Shown here piece by piece: positions 16,215 through 18,117 of a stretch of DNA of 18,117 bases. The translations under genes and the position numbers were made by a program. The notes below the pieces were generated by a model, which was given only the letters and a program-made list of their open reading frames with translations, had not been told where the DNA came from and ran no database searches. This stretch comes from a bacterium (GTDB lineage: Bacteria; SZUA-182; DTGQ01; JAFGSM01). Every line of letters begins with the position of its first letter. Positions within the stretch are counted from its first letter, which is position 1. Location: NCBI GenBank assembly GCA_049472335.1, contig JBLIRO010000089.1:1-18117 (forward strand). Direction: 5' to 3'.

Positions 16215-16246
16215 GTCGCCCCCCATGCGGGGGCGTGGATTGAAAC
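16215..16246 (+). CRISPR. Single type I-C CRISPR repeat (no array)
   Basis: GTCGCCCCCCATGCGGGGGCGTGGATTGAAAC (32 bp, CGCCCCC/GGGGGCG stem, ATTGAAAC end). No second repeat in the 53 nt before the menE stop. Confidence 0.92.
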
Positions 16247-16299
16247 ATTTCTTATTCCTTAAAGGCTTTACAGATTAGGATCCAAATGTAAGATCTGGT

Positions 16300-17787
16300 T
16301 TAAGAATGAATAAGATCTTCTGCGACTTTCTTTAATAATTTCCGATCTGGTTTTAACGATTCCCGATCCATCTCTCCGGGCCAGGGAAAAAAATAATCGG
16401 GTATCTTAAAACGCGGTAGCATCTCCTCTAACCTTTTTATCATGCAATGACACTGTAGATTAGAATTATCAGCCAGTTTCAGAAAGGCTACAGGTCGATG
16501 ACCAAATTCAGGATGTATTACGGGGACTACAACTGCCTCTCTGACGTTATCAATCCCAGCCAGGCACGCCTCGATCTCTTCGGGCTGGATATTTTCACCC
16601 CCGGATATGAACATGTTGTCTTTTCGGCCTGTGACGTATAAATATCCATACTTGTCTAAACAGCCAAGATCACCGGAATGAAACCACCCTTCATCATCAA
16701 CAGCCCTGATTATTCCTTTTCCATCCACGTATCCCCGGAACAGGGTTCTCCCCTTCAACAGGATCTCATTATCATCCGCAATCTTTATCTGCCGGTAGTC
16801 AAGCAATTTACCGCTTGAGAAGGGTCCCGGCCGGGAATCGTTCAAATGGGTGGCTGTTACCTGGGAAGCCATTTCCGATGATCCGTAACTCTTAAAGATG
16901 GGAAGGCCCCTTTCAATACCTTCCTTGATAAGGTAGTCCGGGATGGCGCTTCCTCCCAGCAGGATCGCCTTGAGGCTTTTCAAGGGTTCACAATCTTTAC
17001 TCCCTTTCAGCAAGCGGTAGAGTTGCGTGCTGACCAGGGAAACATGGGTTATCCGCAGTTCACAGATATTATCTTCCATTGACTGACCGGATACAGGGAA
17101 AGCAAGCGCACCTCCGCCCAGGATCACCCTGAAGATTATGGCCAGACCACCCACATGGTATAGCGGGAGGGACAGAAGCCATCTGTAGCCCGGCCCCACA
17201 GGGATATTTCCGTTCGACCCCAGGGCACTGAAGATATGATTGCCCGGGGTATGCAACACTGCCTTTGGCCTGCCTGAACTGCCTGAAGTAAAGATGATTG
17301 TTGCATCCCCGTCCGTCCATGATTCGATCGATTCCGGATCTCCCTTGCCTGACGGGATTATCCCGGGAGGGACAATATCTTCAAGAATAAAGCGGCACAT
17401 GTCAGGGAACAAATGTAAATGTAATCCGGCATGCCCCTGTGAGAGTATTATCCCGGATGCCCTGATTAGCTGCAGGTTCTCTTCAACCTGTCTTTTTGCC
17501 AGTCTCGTGCTGATGGGGGCTGCCACAGCACCCATTTTCCAGAGGGCCATCAGAAGGATCACATATGCCATGCTGTTTGGAGCCAGGATGGCGATCCTCT
17601 GCCCTTTTTTTATACCCGCTCCCTTCAGTCTATATGCTGTTTCAGAGACATATTGATCGATCCGGCCATAGGTGAAAGTACCCTCCGGGACAATCAAAAA
17701 CGGCTGTTCGTCAAATCGCTCGACTGCTTCTTCAAAGAAGAACCTTTCAGGTACTGCATCCATTTTAAATCCATCAGGCCTCAGCAT
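16300..17787 (-). CDS. menE: O-succinylbenzoate--CoA ligase
   Basis: AMP-binding FTSGSSGRPKAV, WLLSLPLYHVGG, SYGSSEMASQV, WFHSGDLG, GRKDNMFISGGENIQPEEIE and terminal LKPDR. Lies directly downstream of a menC-like gene. Confidence 0.92.
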   Translation of the reverse strand: MLRPDGFKMDAVPERFFFEEAVERFDEQPFLIVPEGTFTYGRIDQYVSETAYRLKGAGIKKGQRIAILAPNSMAYVILLMALWKMGAVAAPISTRLAKRQVEENLQLIRASGIILSQGHAGLHLHLFPDMCRFILEDIVPPGIIPSGKGDPESIESWTDGDATIIFTSGSSGRPKAVLHTPGNHIFSALGSNGNIPVGPGYRWLLSLPLYHVGGLAIIFRVILGGGALAFPVSGQSMEDNICELRITHVSLVSTQLYRLLKGSKDCEPLKSLKAILLGGSAIPDYLIKEGIERGLPIFKSYGSSEMASQVTATHLNDSRPGPFSSGKLLDYRQIKIADDNEILLKGRTLFRGYVDGKGIIRAVDDEGWFHSGDLGCLDKYGYLYVTGRKDNMFISGGENIQPEEIEACLAGIDNVREAVVVPVIHPEFGHRPVAFLKLADNSNLQCHCMIKRLEEMLPRFKIPDYFFPWPGEMDRESLKPDRKLLKKVAEDLIHS

Positions 17788-18117
17788 AACCTTGTCAATA
17801 CATCAAACCTCAGGTCCCTGATAATCCGGTCCGCCTCACGGACATGCACCTGCCCATGCTTCACGCAAAAGGGGCTTTGCAGGATATCATATTTAAACCA
17901 CCTGTATGTATCAAGTCCCATGGCAGTCCCCGGGCACCTGACTCCGGCGGAAAGCTGTGTCAATAAAGCAAGTGAAAGACCCGAGAGAAAGGCGCAGCTT
18001 ATTACAGGGGTGATGTTTGACTCTCTCTTGCCAGCCCTGCCAGTTTCATGGTCCTGAATATTCCCCCCAGAAGGCTTGGTTTCAGTATCACGGCCCGTGT
18101 ACCTTCGGGCCATTCAG
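17781..18117 (-). pseudogene. menC: 3' part of o-succinylbenzoate synthase, frameshifted near 18021-18028; runs off the window
   Basis: The frame from 18115 reads EWPEGTRAVILKPSLLGGIFRTMKLAGLARE (enolase-superfamily LKP motif) and stops at 18002. The continuation SNITPVISCAFLSGLSL...AMGLDTYRWF is in another frame. The shift lies in an (AG)4 run. Confidence 0.75.

Noticed and set aside
16247..16299. Spacer plus degenerate terminal repeat
   Set aside because: The sequence 33-37 nt after the repeat shows no similarity to it.
13591..18057. Overlapping ORFs in the cas/men region (13591-13806, 13738-13977, 13984-14286, 14231-14560, 14750-15088, 14820-15002, 16005-16226, 17069-17320, 17240-17656, 17653-18057)
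   Set aside because: They are alternate-frame or antisense shadows of confidently identified genes or of the CRISPR leader.

Overview
This is a bacterial window with three parts. (1) 1-12700 is an AT-rich accessory region. It starts with gene debris (aspartyl-protease, PIN-toxin and IS fragments, plus two inverted group II intron 5' fragments) joined by stuttered GGGAC-type repeats. It also holds two paralogous secreted Ig-like (BsuPI-like) genes, an intact Phd/YefM-VapC toxin-antitoxin pair, a doubly frameshifted gene with an eCIS/DUF4157-type N-terminal leader and an NNPGN lysozyme-like C-terminus, and a 1380-aa secreted multidomain protein. A shared ~37-bp promoter/leader motif recurs in front of or between these genes. 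(2) 12773-16246 is a partial type I-C CRISPR-Cas locus: 5'-truncated cas7, intact cas4, an AbrB-PIN toxin-antitoxin pair with its own predicted promoter and a stop codon overlapping the cas1 start, cas1, cas2, a leader and one 32-bp repeat with no array. cas3, cas5 and cas8 are absent from the window. (3) 16300-18117 holds convergent menaquinone genes: menE and the 3' part of menC, which is frameshifted. All family calls come from motif recognition by eye; no database searches were run.
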